Positions 35,963 to 44,556 of a stretch of DNA of 64,000 nucleotides are shown here, in pieces. The DNA is from an uncultured bacterium. Lineage in GTDB: Bacteria; Krumholzibacteriota; Krumholzibacteriia; LZORAL124-64-63. The DNA lies in the NCBI GenBank assembly GCA_903912525.1, contig CAIWHK010000022.1, positions 19,734-83,733 on the forward strand, written 5' to 3'. The notes beneath the pieces were generated by a model, which was not told the origin of the DNA, did no database searches, and was given only the letters and a program-made list of their open reading frames with translations. How positions within the stretch are numbered: the first letter of the stretch is position 1; the number at the start of each line of letters is the position of its first letter. The translations under genes were made by a program, and so were the position numbers.

Positions 35963-36882
35963 CGTGGCGACGCCGGCTCATCGAACTGTCGCTGCGGCGG
36001 ATGAACCACGACCGCCTGGCGGTGGTCTACCTGGCGCTCAGCGCGTTCTACCCGGCGCTGAAGCCCTCGGTGTTCCCGCGCCCCGTGGAGAACGCGCTGA
36101 TCCACGCCGGGCTGGCCCTGCTGGTGTGGTTCGGGGCGCCGATGCTGCGCGCGAGCCGGCACACGGCCTGGCGCCTGCTCGGTGAGATCTACCTGCCGCT
36201 GATCTTCCCGCTGTTCTACGCGGAGATGAAGTTCCTCGGGCTGATCTACTTCCCGTTCGAGGGCAGCCTCGATCCCGCGCTGATCCGCCTGGAGCAGTGG
36301 ATCTTCGGCTGCCAGCCGAGCATCACCTGGTCGCGCGCGTGGCCGTGGCCGTGGTTCCACGAACTGATGGAGTTCGCGTACTTCACGTACTACTTCCTGG
36401 CCGCGGCCTTCGTCTGGCTGGTGATGCGCGCGCAGACGCAGGATCCCGAGCGTCGCTGGGACGACCTGCGCGACTTCGTGCGCGACCTGAGCGTCACGAT
36501 GCTCATCTGCTACACGCTCTACACGCTGTTCCCGGCCTGGGGACCGAAGTACTTCCGCCTGGGCTTCCTGGAAGTTCCCGGCGGCCCGTTCACGGCGATC
36601 ATGCGGCACATCCACGAAAACGGCGCCATCCTCGGCGCCGCCTTCCCGTCCAGCCATGTCGCCGCCTCGATGGTGCCGTGGTGGCACACGTGGCGGCGTT
36701 TCCCTCGCCATCGCTGGTGGATGTCGACGCTCTTCGTGCTGCTGTGCATGTCGACGGTCTACAACCGCTACCACTACGTCGTGGACGTGATCGCCGGATT
36801 GCTGCTGGGCGCGCTGGTGATGTACGCGGGGCCGCGCCTGGGCGACACGGCGCGCGACCGCCTGCGCCGGCGCCGGCGCTGA
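35959..36882 (+). CDS. PAP2-superfamily membrane enzyme, sphingomyelin/IPC-synthase-like
   Basis: Polytopic membrane protein. FPSSHVA and NRYHYVVDVIAG resemble the SGH and HYxxDV catalytic motifs of LPP/SMS-type transferases. GTG overlaps the upstream stop (GTGA); ATG 36001 is the alternative start. Confidence 0.7.
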   Translation: MTWRRRLIELSLRRMNHDRLAVVYLALSAFYPALKPSVFPRPVENALIHAGLALLVWFGAPMLRASRHTAWRLLGEIYLPLIFPLFYAEMKFLGLIYFPFEGSLDPALIRLEQWIFGCQPSITWSRAWPWPWFHELMEFAYFTYYFLAAAFVWLVMRAQTQDPERRWDDLRDFVRDLSVTMLICYTLYTLFPAWGPKYFRLGFLEVPGGPFTAIMRHIHENGAILGAAFPSSHVAASMVPWWHTWRRFPRHRWWMSTLFVLLCMSTVYNRYHYVVDVIAGLLLGALVMYAGPRLGDTARDRLRRRRR

Positions 36883-36948
36883 GGCATCGGCGGATTCCCG
36901 GTCCGGATGACAGCTGAAGGTCGGCACACGGCCGACTGCGGTTCAACC

Positions 36949-37161
36949 TCAGGAAAAGCCCCGGCCACCGCCGCAACCGCTCCCGCAGCCGCCGCCGCCG
37001 GTCGCCCCGCCACCACCGGTGGCGAAGCTCGAGAGCGCGCGGATGACCTCGGTCGAGGCGCAGTGGGGACAGGCCACCTCGGCCGACTCGAGGTCGGCCA
37101 GGGCCAGCAGTTCCTCGAAGTTCTTCCCGCACTTGCCGCAGGTGAATTCGAACAGGGGCAT
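36949..37161 (-). CDS. FmdB-family zinc-ribbon protein
   Basis: MPLFEFTCGKCG...CPHCAS plus a Gly/Cys-rich tail. RBS GAAGGAG. Confidence 0.8.
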   Translation of the reverse strand: MPLFEFTCGKCGKNFEELLALADLESAEVACPHCASTEVIRALSSFATGGGGATGGGGCGSGCGGGRGFS

Positions 37162-37296
37162 GATCGCTCCTTCAGCGCAGGCGCTCGCGGCTCAGGGCTT
37201 GTCGTCGGGCGCCGCGGGCGCCTTGCCGGCGGGGGCTGCGTCGACCTTGGGGCGGACTGGATCCCGATCACCGATCGGGCACGTGGTATCGGGGGC

Positions 37297-37380
37297 TCAG
37301 CCGGGGCGGATGCCGAAGCGGGGCAGGATGAACTGCGCCACCAGGAACCACGCGACCACGATGATGATGAGGGTTTCCAC
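37297..37380 (-). CDS. 27-aa hydrophobic mini-protein (putative)
   Basis: GTG start 5 nt after GAGGAG. Encodes ETLIIIVVAWFLVAQFILPRFGIRPG, then TGA. Too short for the ORF track; found by reading the strand. Confidence 0.35.
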   Translation of the reverse strand: METLIIIVVAWFLVAQFILPRFGIRPG

Positions 37381-37514
37381 GGGGGCTCCTCGATTCGCCA
37401 CGGCCACGGGCCCACGGCGGCTACTGTTGCATAGTTTCCTAGATGATAATATCAATCCCGGAAATCGTCAAGCCGGCCAACAACCTGCATGCGGATAACA
37501 GGTTACCGGCTCGC

Positions 37515-38327
37515 TCAGAAAGTCCCCTTCACCCAGCCCCCGTCGCTTGTGATCGACTGGCCGGTGATGTAGCCGGCCGGCCCGGACATCAGGAACACGA
37601 CGAGGGCCGCCAATTCGTCGGCCTCGCCCAGCCGCCCCAGGGGAATCTCGCGGGTCCAGCCGGCGATGACGTCGTCGCGCGAGGCCCCGGTCTGCTCCTG
37701 CTTGCGCGTGATGAGCCGTTCGACGGCGCTGGTCAGGTGGAACCCGGGCGCCACGGCGTTGACCGTCACGCCGGACGGGGCCGCCTCCAGCGCCAGCGTG
37801 CGCACGAGGGCCTGCACCGCCGGGCGCAGCACGCTCGAGAGCATCAGGTTCTCCACGGGCTGGCGCACGCTCACCGAGGTGATGCAGACGATGCGCCCGC
37901 GCCGACGCTCCATCATCCCGGGCGCCACCAGCCGGCACAGGCGCACGGCGCTTTCGACCGTCAGCCGGTAGGCGCCTTCCCAGGCGGCGAGGTCCAGGTC
38001 GGCGAAATTGCCGGCCGGCGGGCCGCCGGCGTTGACCAGCAGCAGGTCGATGGGCCCCAGTTCGCGCGTCACACGCTCGACGGCCCCGGTCACGGCGGCA
38101 TCGTCGGTCACGTCCGCCGACACCGCCAGCACGCGCCCGGCTGCCGCTCCGCGCGCCGCGGCGCCGGCGCGCGCCACATCGGCGGCCGCTTCCTGCAGTG
38201 CTGATTCGCCGCGCGCCGTCAACGCCACGTGGGCGCCTTCGGCAGCCAGCCTCAGGGCCACCGCGAGGCCGAATCCGCGCGAGCCGCCGGTGACCAGGGC
38301 GGTGCGCCCCGCCAGTGACAGGTCCAT
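37515..38327 (-). CDS. SDR-family oxidoreductase (FabG-like)
   Basis: TGGSRGFG, NAGG, and an S...L/Y-x3-R/K region. ATG at 38327 preceded by GGAAGGA. Confidence 0.8.
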   Translation of the reverse strand: MDLSLAGRTALVTGGSRGFGLAVALRLAAEGAHVALTARGESALQEAAADVARAGAAARGAAAGRVLAVSADVTDDAAVTGAVERVTRELGPIDLLLVNAGGPPAGNFADLDLAAWEGAYRLTVESAVRLCRLVAPGMMERRRGRIVCITSVSVRQPVENLMLSSVLRPAVQALVRTLALEAAPSGVTVNAVAPGFHLTSAVERLITRKQEQTGASRDDVIAGWTREIPLGRLGEADELAALVVFLMSGPAGYITGQSITSDGGWVKGTF

Positions 38328-38554
38328 CGTTCGCCGTCCTTCCGCCGGCCCTGCCGGCCCCGCCATCATAGGGCATGACGCGCCGCCGGCCTACCGTGCA
38401 GACCCGTGCGCGCCCTGATCGGCACCCGCGCGGCACGGCGGTTGCTGCTCTTTCGGATCGCCCCTGCGCGACACCGCGCCCGGGCACGATGGGGAACGAT
38501 GGGACATCAACGGGAACGCCCCGGCCGGCGGGAGCGTGCAGGGACAACATCCAC

Positions 38555-40216
38555 ATGCGCAAATCAACGCATTCGGCACTGGAACGCTACATGGCCCGGC
38601 GCGGCGGCAAGCCGCTCGCGAGGGCGATGGCGCGGCCGCCCCTGTCGGTCCGCCGCCTGTTCCGGGTCGCCGCGCTGGCCACCCTGCTGGCTGCGGCCTG
38701 CGTCTTCGCCATGCGCCCCCGCCCCGTGCAACCGATCAAGGTGACCTACGAAGTCGACCTCTCGCGCGCTGCGCGCGGCGAACTGGTGATCACGATGGTC
38801 TGCGACGGCCGGCTCCCTGGAAAGCTGGACCTGGTGCTGCCGCCCGGCACCTTCGGCGACTCGCGCAGCGGCGTCCACGCCCGCGACCCGAAGGCTCACG
38901 CGCTGGGGGCGGACGGCCGGCAACTGCGGCCCCTGAAGGTGATCGAGACGGCCGACGGCTGGAACCTGCGGGCAGGCGGCAGCCGTCGCACCGGGATCGT
39001 CTACAGCCTCGACCTGCGCGCGGCGCCCGGCAGCGAACAGGACGTGCGCCGCCACATTTCCACTCCGGTGGCCGGCGGCCTGCGCGCCGCGGGATTCGAG
39101 ATCTTCCTGGAGCCGCTCGGCGTGCCGGTCGAGGGCCTCACCGTGGTCGTCCGCAATCCCGACGACATTCCGGTGCTCGTGCCGTGGCCGGCGGTCGTGC
39201 GCAACGACCTGCAGCAGGCGCGCGAGGACACGGACGCCGACGCGGCGCAGCACATCACCGACGCCAGCCTCGGCTACGGGCAGGGATTCCAGCCCGCGGC
39301 GCAGGCCGGGACGCCCGCCGAACTCGGGCGATCGGCGGCGGCCGCGCCGGTCCCGGCCAACCTCTTCTACCACCCCCGCGACATTGCGGACCTGAACAAC
39401 GCGCTGCTGGTCTGCGGCGACATCCGCACGCACACAGCCCAGGCCGGCGACTGCGTCATCCAGCTGGCCACCGATCGCGACTGGATGTTCACCGACGAAG
39501 CGGCGCTCGACCTGGTGCGCCGCATCGCGCGCACCGAGATGGGCTTCTTTGGTTCGGCACCGACCGACCAGATCACCGTGCTGCTGTCGGCCAACGCCAT
39601 CACCGGCGACGACCGCTTCGATGTGTACGGCGTGCACACCGGCAGCTCGGTGCTCGTGATGCTCGATGCCGACACCACCTGGGGCGCGGTCGAGGACCAG
39701 GCCGCCAGCGTGATCGCGCACGAAATGTTCCACGGCTGGCTGGGCGAGGCCGTGCGCCAGACCGACCCGACGATGCTCTGGTTCACCGAGGGCGCCACGA
39801 CGTGGTACGCGGCGCGCATGCTGACCGCAGCCGGCGTCTGGCGAACTGAGCACGCCCGCGGGGTCCTGGGCGCCCGCCTGGACCGCGACTACACAGGCAA
39901 CCCCCTGCGCGGCACCATGTCGGTGGCCGATGCCGCCGCCGAGGTCATGGCCCCGGCCGAGCAGGTCCGCTTCGGCTACGCCGGCGGGGTCACCGCCTGC
40001 ATGGCCCTGGACGAGATGCTCGCCGAGAAAGGCGGCCACGCGCGCCCCCTGGACGGGATCCTGCGCCACCTGTACGCCCAGGACCGCGGGAAGCCCCTGA
40101 CGCGGCAGCGCCTGGAGGCGGCGGTGCTGCAGGCGACCGGCGTGGACTGCGCCCCGTGGCTGGACGCGCACGTCTACGGCAAAACCGCCTTGCCGCCGAT
40201 CAAGAGCATGCTTTAG
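38555..40216 (+). CDS. HExxH zinc metallopeptidase, M61/M1-like gluzincin
   Basis: VIAHEMFHGWLGE...WFTEGATTWY. N-terminal TM/signal segment. Start is uncertain (38555, 38591 or 38627). Confidence 0.6.
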   Translation: MRKSTHSALERYMARRGGKPLARAMARPPLSVRRLFRVAALATLLAAACVFAMRPRPVQPIKVTYEVDLSRAARGELVITMVCDGRLPGKLDLVLPPGTFGDSRSGVHARDPKAHALGADGRQLRPLKVIETADGWNLRAGGSRRTGIVYSLDLRAAPGSEQDVRRHISTPVAGGLRAAGFEIFLEPLGVPVEGLTVVVRNPDDIPVLVPWPAVVRNDLQQAREDTDADAAQHITDASLGYGQGFQPAAQAGTPAELGRSAAAAPVPANLFYHPRDIADLNNALLVCGDIRTHTAQAGDCVIQLATDRDWMFTDEAALDLVRRIARTEMGFFGSAPTDQITVLLSANAITGDDRFDVYGVHTGSSVLVMLDADTTWGAVEDQAASVIAHEMFHGWLGEAVRQTDPTMLWFTEGATTWYAARMLTAAGVWRTEHARGVLGARLDRDYTGNPLRGTMSVADAAAEVMAPAEQVRFGYAGGVTACMALDEMLAEKGGHARPLDGILRHLYAQDRGKPLTRQRLEAAVLQATGVDCAPWLDAHVYGKTALPPIKSML

Positions 40217-40341
40217 ATTCCCTGCGTACGGCGACGCGGCAGGATGCTTCCAGTTAGCGTCCTGCCGCGCTGTTTTCCGGGGTCGGCCTGAGCGCCGTCG
40301 CCGGGACCCTCCTTTTGCGGATCGACCAGCGGGAGAACCAC

Positions 40342-42054
40342 GTGCAGACGCCGAGCGGCAAGAACTTCAAGAGGACCCTGGTCACCAGCGCCCTGCCTTA
40401 CGCGAACGGCGACATCCACCTGGGCCACCTGGCGGGAGCCTACCTGCCGGCGGACATCTTCGTGCGCTACCTGCGCCTGCGCGGCGAGCCGGTGCTCTAC
40501 ATCTGCGGCTCGGACGAGTACGGCGTGCCGATCACGCTGGCAGCCGAGAAGCTCGGCATCTCGCCGAAGGAACTGGTCGACCGCAACCACGCCTCGATCC
40601 GCGATTCGTTCGCCGCGTTCGGCATCTCGTTCGACAACTTCAGCCAGACCAGCCGCGAGATCCACACGCAGACGAGCCAGGCGTTCTTCCTGGACCTGCA
40701 CAGCCGCGGCCTGCTGGTGCAGAAATCCACCCAGCAGTTCTACAGCCCCAGCCAGCAGCGCTTCCTGGCCGATCGCTACATCGAGGGCACGTGCCCCAAG
40801 TGCAAGTCGACGGGCGCGCGCGGCGACCAGTGCGAGGCCTGCGGCACCAGCCTGGACCCGACCGAATTGATCGAGCCCCGCAACGTGCTGGACAACTCGC
40901 CGCTCGAACTGCGCGACACCACGCACTGGTTCCTGCCGCTGGGCCGCTTCCAGGCGCAGCTGGAAGCGTGGCTGGCCGGCCATCCCGAGTGGAAGGACAA
41001 CGTCCGGCAGTATTGCCGCGGCTGGTTCCAGGACAAGCTGGACGACCGCGCCGTCACGCGCGACCTCGGCTGGGGCGTGCCCGTGCCGCTGCCCGACCAC
41101 GACGGCAAGGTGTTCTACGTGTGGTTCGAGGCGCCCATCGGCTACATCTCGGCCACGCGCGAGTGGGCGACCGCGCAGGGCGATCCCGAGGCCTGGCGCG
41201 CATGGTGGCAGGACCCGGATTCGCGCCTGGTGCACTTCATCGGCAAGGACAACATCTTCTTCCACGCGCTGATGTTCCCGTCCATGCTGATGGTCCACAG
41301 CGACGACTGGGTACTGCCGGACAACGTGCCGGCGAACGAGTTCCTGAACCTCGAAGGTCGCAAGCTGTCGACCAGCCGCGGTTTCGCGGTCTGGCTGCCC
41401 GAGTACCTCGCGGCGTTCAAGCCCGACCAGCTGCGCTACACGCTGGCGCGCAACCTGCCCGAGACGCGCGACATGAACTTCACCTGGGAGGGCTTCCAGG
41501 CGCGCAACAACAACGAACTGGGCAACAACTTCGGCAACCTGATCAACCGGGTGCTGACGTTCACCCACAAGTACTTCGACGGTCGTGTGCCACGTTGGTC
41601 CGAAGAAGCCATGACCGACCTCGATCGCCAGGCTCTGGCGGACGTCGAGGCCGACGTTGCGGCGTGGGCCGCCGCGCTGGAGCGCTTCGAGATCAAGAAC
41701 GCCATGGAGGCGTGCTTCCACGCCGGCCAGGTCGGCAACCGCTATTTCGACGAGTCGGCGCCGTTCCGTTCGCGCAAGGACGACCTCGAGCGCTGCGAGC
41801 AGAGCCTGGGCGTGGCCATCCAGATCATCCGGCAGCTGGCCGTGATGCTGGCGCCGGTGGTGCCGTTCGCGATGGAGAAGGTGTGGGCCTGGCTGGGCCT
41901 GGAGACGCCGCTGTGGCAGGGCGGCTTTGCCGAGGCCTCGCGGCCGATCCCGCCGGGCCGCCTGCTGGGCACGCCCGAAATCCTGTTCCCCCGCGTGGAG
42001 GACGAGGTCATCGCGCGCGAGGTGGAGCGGCTGCAGAAGCTGATCGCGGAGTAG
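40342..42054 (+). CDS. metG: methionyl-tRNA synthetase
   Basis: HIGH-type motif (DIHLGH), zinc knuckle CPKC...CEAC, KMSKS-type KLSTSRG. GTG at 40342 sits 6 nt after GGGAG. Confidence 0.93.
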   Translation: MQTPSGKNFKRTLVTSALPYANGDIHLGHLAGAYLPADIFVRYLRLRGEPVLYICGSDEYGVPITLAAEKLGISPKELVDRNHASIRDSFAAFGISFDNFSQTSREIHTQTSQAFFLDLHSRGLLVQKSTQQFYSPSQQRFLADRYIEGTCPKCKSTGARGDQCEACGTSLDPTELIEPRNVLDNSPLELRDTTHWFLPLGRFQAQLEAWLAGHPEWKDNVRQYCRGWFQDKLDDRAVTRDLGWGVPVPLPDHDGKVFYVWFEAPIGYISATREWATAQGDPEAWRAWWQDPDSRLVHFIGKDNIFFHALMFPSMLMVHSDDWVLPDNVPANEFLNLEGRKLSTSRGFAVWLPEYLAAFKPDQLRYTLARNLPETRDMNFTWEGFQARNNNELGNNFGNLINRVLTFTHKYFDGRVPRWSEEAMTDLDRQALADVEADVAAWAAALERFEIKNAMEACFHAGQVGNRYFDESAPFRSRKDDLERCEQSLGVAIQIIRQLAVMLAPVVPFAMEKVWAWLGLETPLWQGGFAEASRPIPPGRLLGTPEILFPRVEDEVIAREVERLQKLIAE

Positions 42055-42076
42055 CCTCGACGCGCGACCAGGAAAA

Positions 42077-42109
42077 GGGCGCCCTGCTCGCTGCCGGGCG
42101 CCCTTTTTC
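42077..42109 (+). terminator. rho-independent terminator
   Basis: GGGCGCCC-loop-GGGCGCCC followed by TTTTT. Confidence 0.8.
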
Positions 42110-42277
42110 CTGGCCCCTGCCCGGCGCCGCCGGGCGTCCGCTTGCGCCGGCGCAAGTGGGTTGGCCCGGCGGGAATTCGACGGTATCATGCATGCTTGTT
42201 CCGTGCCGCCGCTGGCGCCATCGCCGGGCCGGCGCCGTCCATGGTTTCCCCTCCCCGAGCCCCGGAGAACGGTCCCG

Positions 42278-43594
42278 ATGCTCCAGACGACCCGCATGAC
42301 AGCCTTCGTGGCGGCCGTCGCGCTTTCGGTCGCGGCCGCAGCGGCCGTGGCCGCCCCCATCCCCCTGTCGGACATCACCGCACTGGCCGACAAGGTGACG
42401 CCGCAGGTCATCGCCTGGCGACGCGACATCCACCAGCACCCCGAACTGGCCAACTGCGAGACGCGCACGGCCGCGCTCGTGGCGGCGCACCTCAAGTCGC
42501 TCGGGATCGAGGTGCGTGAACACGTGGCGCACACGGGCGTGGTCGGCGTCCTGCGCGGCGCCCTGCCCGGCCCGGTTGTGGCGCTGCGCGCGGACATGGA
42601 CGCACTGCCGGTGGCCGAGGCCACGGGCCTGCCCTTCGCCTCGCAGGCGACCGGCACCTGGAACGGCGCCGTGACGCCGGTGGCCCACGCCTGCGGGCAC
42701 GACGGCCACGTGGCGATGCTGATGGGCGCGGCCGACGTGCTCGCGGCGCTGAAGCCCCGCCTGCGCGGCACAGTCGTGTTCCTGTTCCAGCCCGCCGAGG
42801 AAGGCGCCCCCGCGGGCCAGGAGGGCGGCGCGGCCCTGATGATCAAGGACGGCGCCCTGGACGGGCCCGCGCCGGCCGCCGTGTTCGGCCTGCACGTGGT
42901 GCCCGGCGTGCCCGGCACCGTCTTCTACCGGCCCGAGGGCTTCATGGCCGCCGCCGACCAGATCCAGGTCTCACTGCACGGCAAGCAGACGCACGGCGCC
43001 TGGCCGTGGAAGGGCATCGACGTCATCTCGCTGTCGAGCGCCATCGTCTCGGAGCTGAACACGCTGGCCGCGCGCACGGTCGATGTCACTGCAACGCCGA
43101 CCGTGCTGACCATCGCCACCATCCACGGCGGCGTGCGCTACAACATCATCCCCGACGAAGTGACGATGACCGGCACGCTGCGCACGTTCGACGCGGCGCA
43201 GCGCGAGGCGATCAAGCAGCGCATCACCACCACGGTGCAGAACCTGGCGGACAGCTACGGCGCGCGCGCCGAGGTGACGTTCATCGCCAGCGGCGCCGTG
43301 ACCTGGAATGACCCGGACCTGTCGCGCTCGGTGTTCGCCGCGCTGGAAGAGGCGGCCGGCGCCGGCAGGGTCGATATGAACCGGCGGCCGACCACGGTGT
43401 CCGAGGACTTCTCGGCGTACCAGGCGAAGGTGCCCGGCGTTTTCTACCACATCGGGGCCAGCGCCGACGGCATCAACCCCGACGACTCGGCGCCCAACCA
43501 TTCGCCCCGTTTCGACCTCAACGAATCGGTGCTGCCGCTGGGCGTGCGCGCGCACGCGCTGACCGCGGTGCGCTGGCTGGAGGCGCAGCCGTGA
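42278..43594 (+). CDS. secreted M20D-family amidohydrolase (aminoacylase/hippurate-hydrolase-like)
   Basis: WRRDIHQHPEL, ALRADMDALP, HACGHDGH motifs. Signal peptide. RBS GGAGAA. Confidence 0.85.
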   Translation: MLQTTRMTAFVAAVALSVAAAAAVAAPIPLSDITALADKVTPQVIAWRRDIHQHPELANCETRTAALVAAHLKSLGIEVREHVAHTGVVGVLRGALPGPVVALRADMDALPVAEATGLPFASQATGTWNGAVTPVAHACGHDGHVAMLMGAADVLAALKPRLRGTVVFLFQPAEEGAPAGQEGGAALMIKDGALDGPAPAAVFGLHVVPGVPGTVFYRPEGFMAAADQIQVSLHGKQTHGAWPWKGIDVISLSSAIVSELNTLAARTVDVTATPTVLTIATIHGGVRYNIIPDEVTMTGTLRTFDAAQREAIKQRITTTVQNLADSYGARAEVTFIASGAVTWNDPDLSRSVFAALEEAAGAGRVDMNRRPTTVSEDFSAYQAKVPGVFYHIGASADGINPDDSAPNHSPRFDLNESVLPLGVRAHALTAVRWLEAQP

Positions 43595-44430
43595 AGCGCA
43601 TTGTCCTGACGGCATTGCTCGTCATTACGATGGCGCCCGGGACGCAGGCTGCCACGACGGAGCCCGCGCCGCTGGCCATCGGGCAAACGTTCACGCTCGA
43701 CTCGACCCACCTCGGCGAGACCCGCCGCATAAACGTCTACGCGCCGCCCGGCTTCGAGGCGGCGGTCGGCGGCGCCGACACGACGCGGCTGCCCGTGCTC
43801 TACATGCCCGACGGCGGCCTGGCCGAGGACTTCCTGCACGTTGCCGGCCTGGTGCAGATCGGCGCCATCAACGGGACGATGCGCCCGTTCCTGCTCGTGG
43901 GCATCGAGAACACACAGCGACGGCGCGACCTGACCCCGCCCACGACCGACGAGCGCGACCTGGCCATCGCCCCGAAGGTGGGCGGCTCGGCCGCGTTCCG
44001 CGCCTTCCTGCGCGACGAACTGATGCCGGTGATCAACGCCCGCTACCGCACCACGGGCGAGACGGCGATCGTCGGCGAGTCGCTCGCGGGCCTGTTCGCG
44101 GTCGAGTGCTTCCTGCTGGAGCCCGACCTGTTCGACACGGTCGTCGCCATCGACCCGAGCCTGTGGTGGAACCGCGAGGACCTGGTCACGCGCGCCGCCG
44201 ACCTGCTGGCCGCGCGGCGCGGCGCGGACGGCACGCTGTGGCTGGCCAGCAGCGACCAGACCGACATCAGCGCCGCGACCGCGAAGCTGGCCGCCCAGGT
44301 GACGGGCGCCGGGCTGCCTGGCGTGCGCTGCCTGTACCAGCCGCTGCCGGCCGAGACGCACATGACGATCTACCATCCGGCGGCGCTGCAGGCGTTCCGG
44401 GCCGTCCTCGCGCCCGCCGCCGGGAACTGA
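43591..44430 (+). CDS. secreted alpha/beta-hydrolase, putative esterase family
   Basis: Signal peptide, VLYMPDGG, GESLAG nucleophile elbow. GTG overlaps the upstream stop (GTGA). Confidence 0.75.
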   Translation: MKRIVLTALLVITMAPGTQAATTEPAPLAIGQTFTLDSTHLGETRRINVYAPPGFEAAVGGADTTRLPVLYMPDGGLAEDFLHVAGLVQIGAINGTMRPFLLVGIENTQRRRDLTPPTTDERDLAIAPKVGGSAAFRAFLRDELMPVINARYRTTGETAIVGESLAGLFAVECFLLEPDLFDTVVAIDPSLWWNREDLVTRAADLLAARRGADGTLWLASSDQTDISAATAKLAAQVTGAGLPGVRCLYQPLPAETHMTIYHPAALQAFRAVLAPAAGN

Positions 44431-44556
44431 GCGGCCGCCGCCGCCGTTGACCGCTGGTTACGTTTCGGGCAGAATAAAGGGGACGACCCGGCCACCGGCC
44501 GGCGCCGTCCCCGGACCCGACCCGCCCCGCCTTTCCCGTGCCAAGGAGCGCCTTCC

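Noticed and set aside
36774-37415. 213-aa ORF spanning the FmdB-like gene region on the minus strand
   Set aside because: It is in a different frame from both the FmdB-like gene and the mini-ORF. Its translation is Pro/Ser/Arg/Ala-rich with no motifs.
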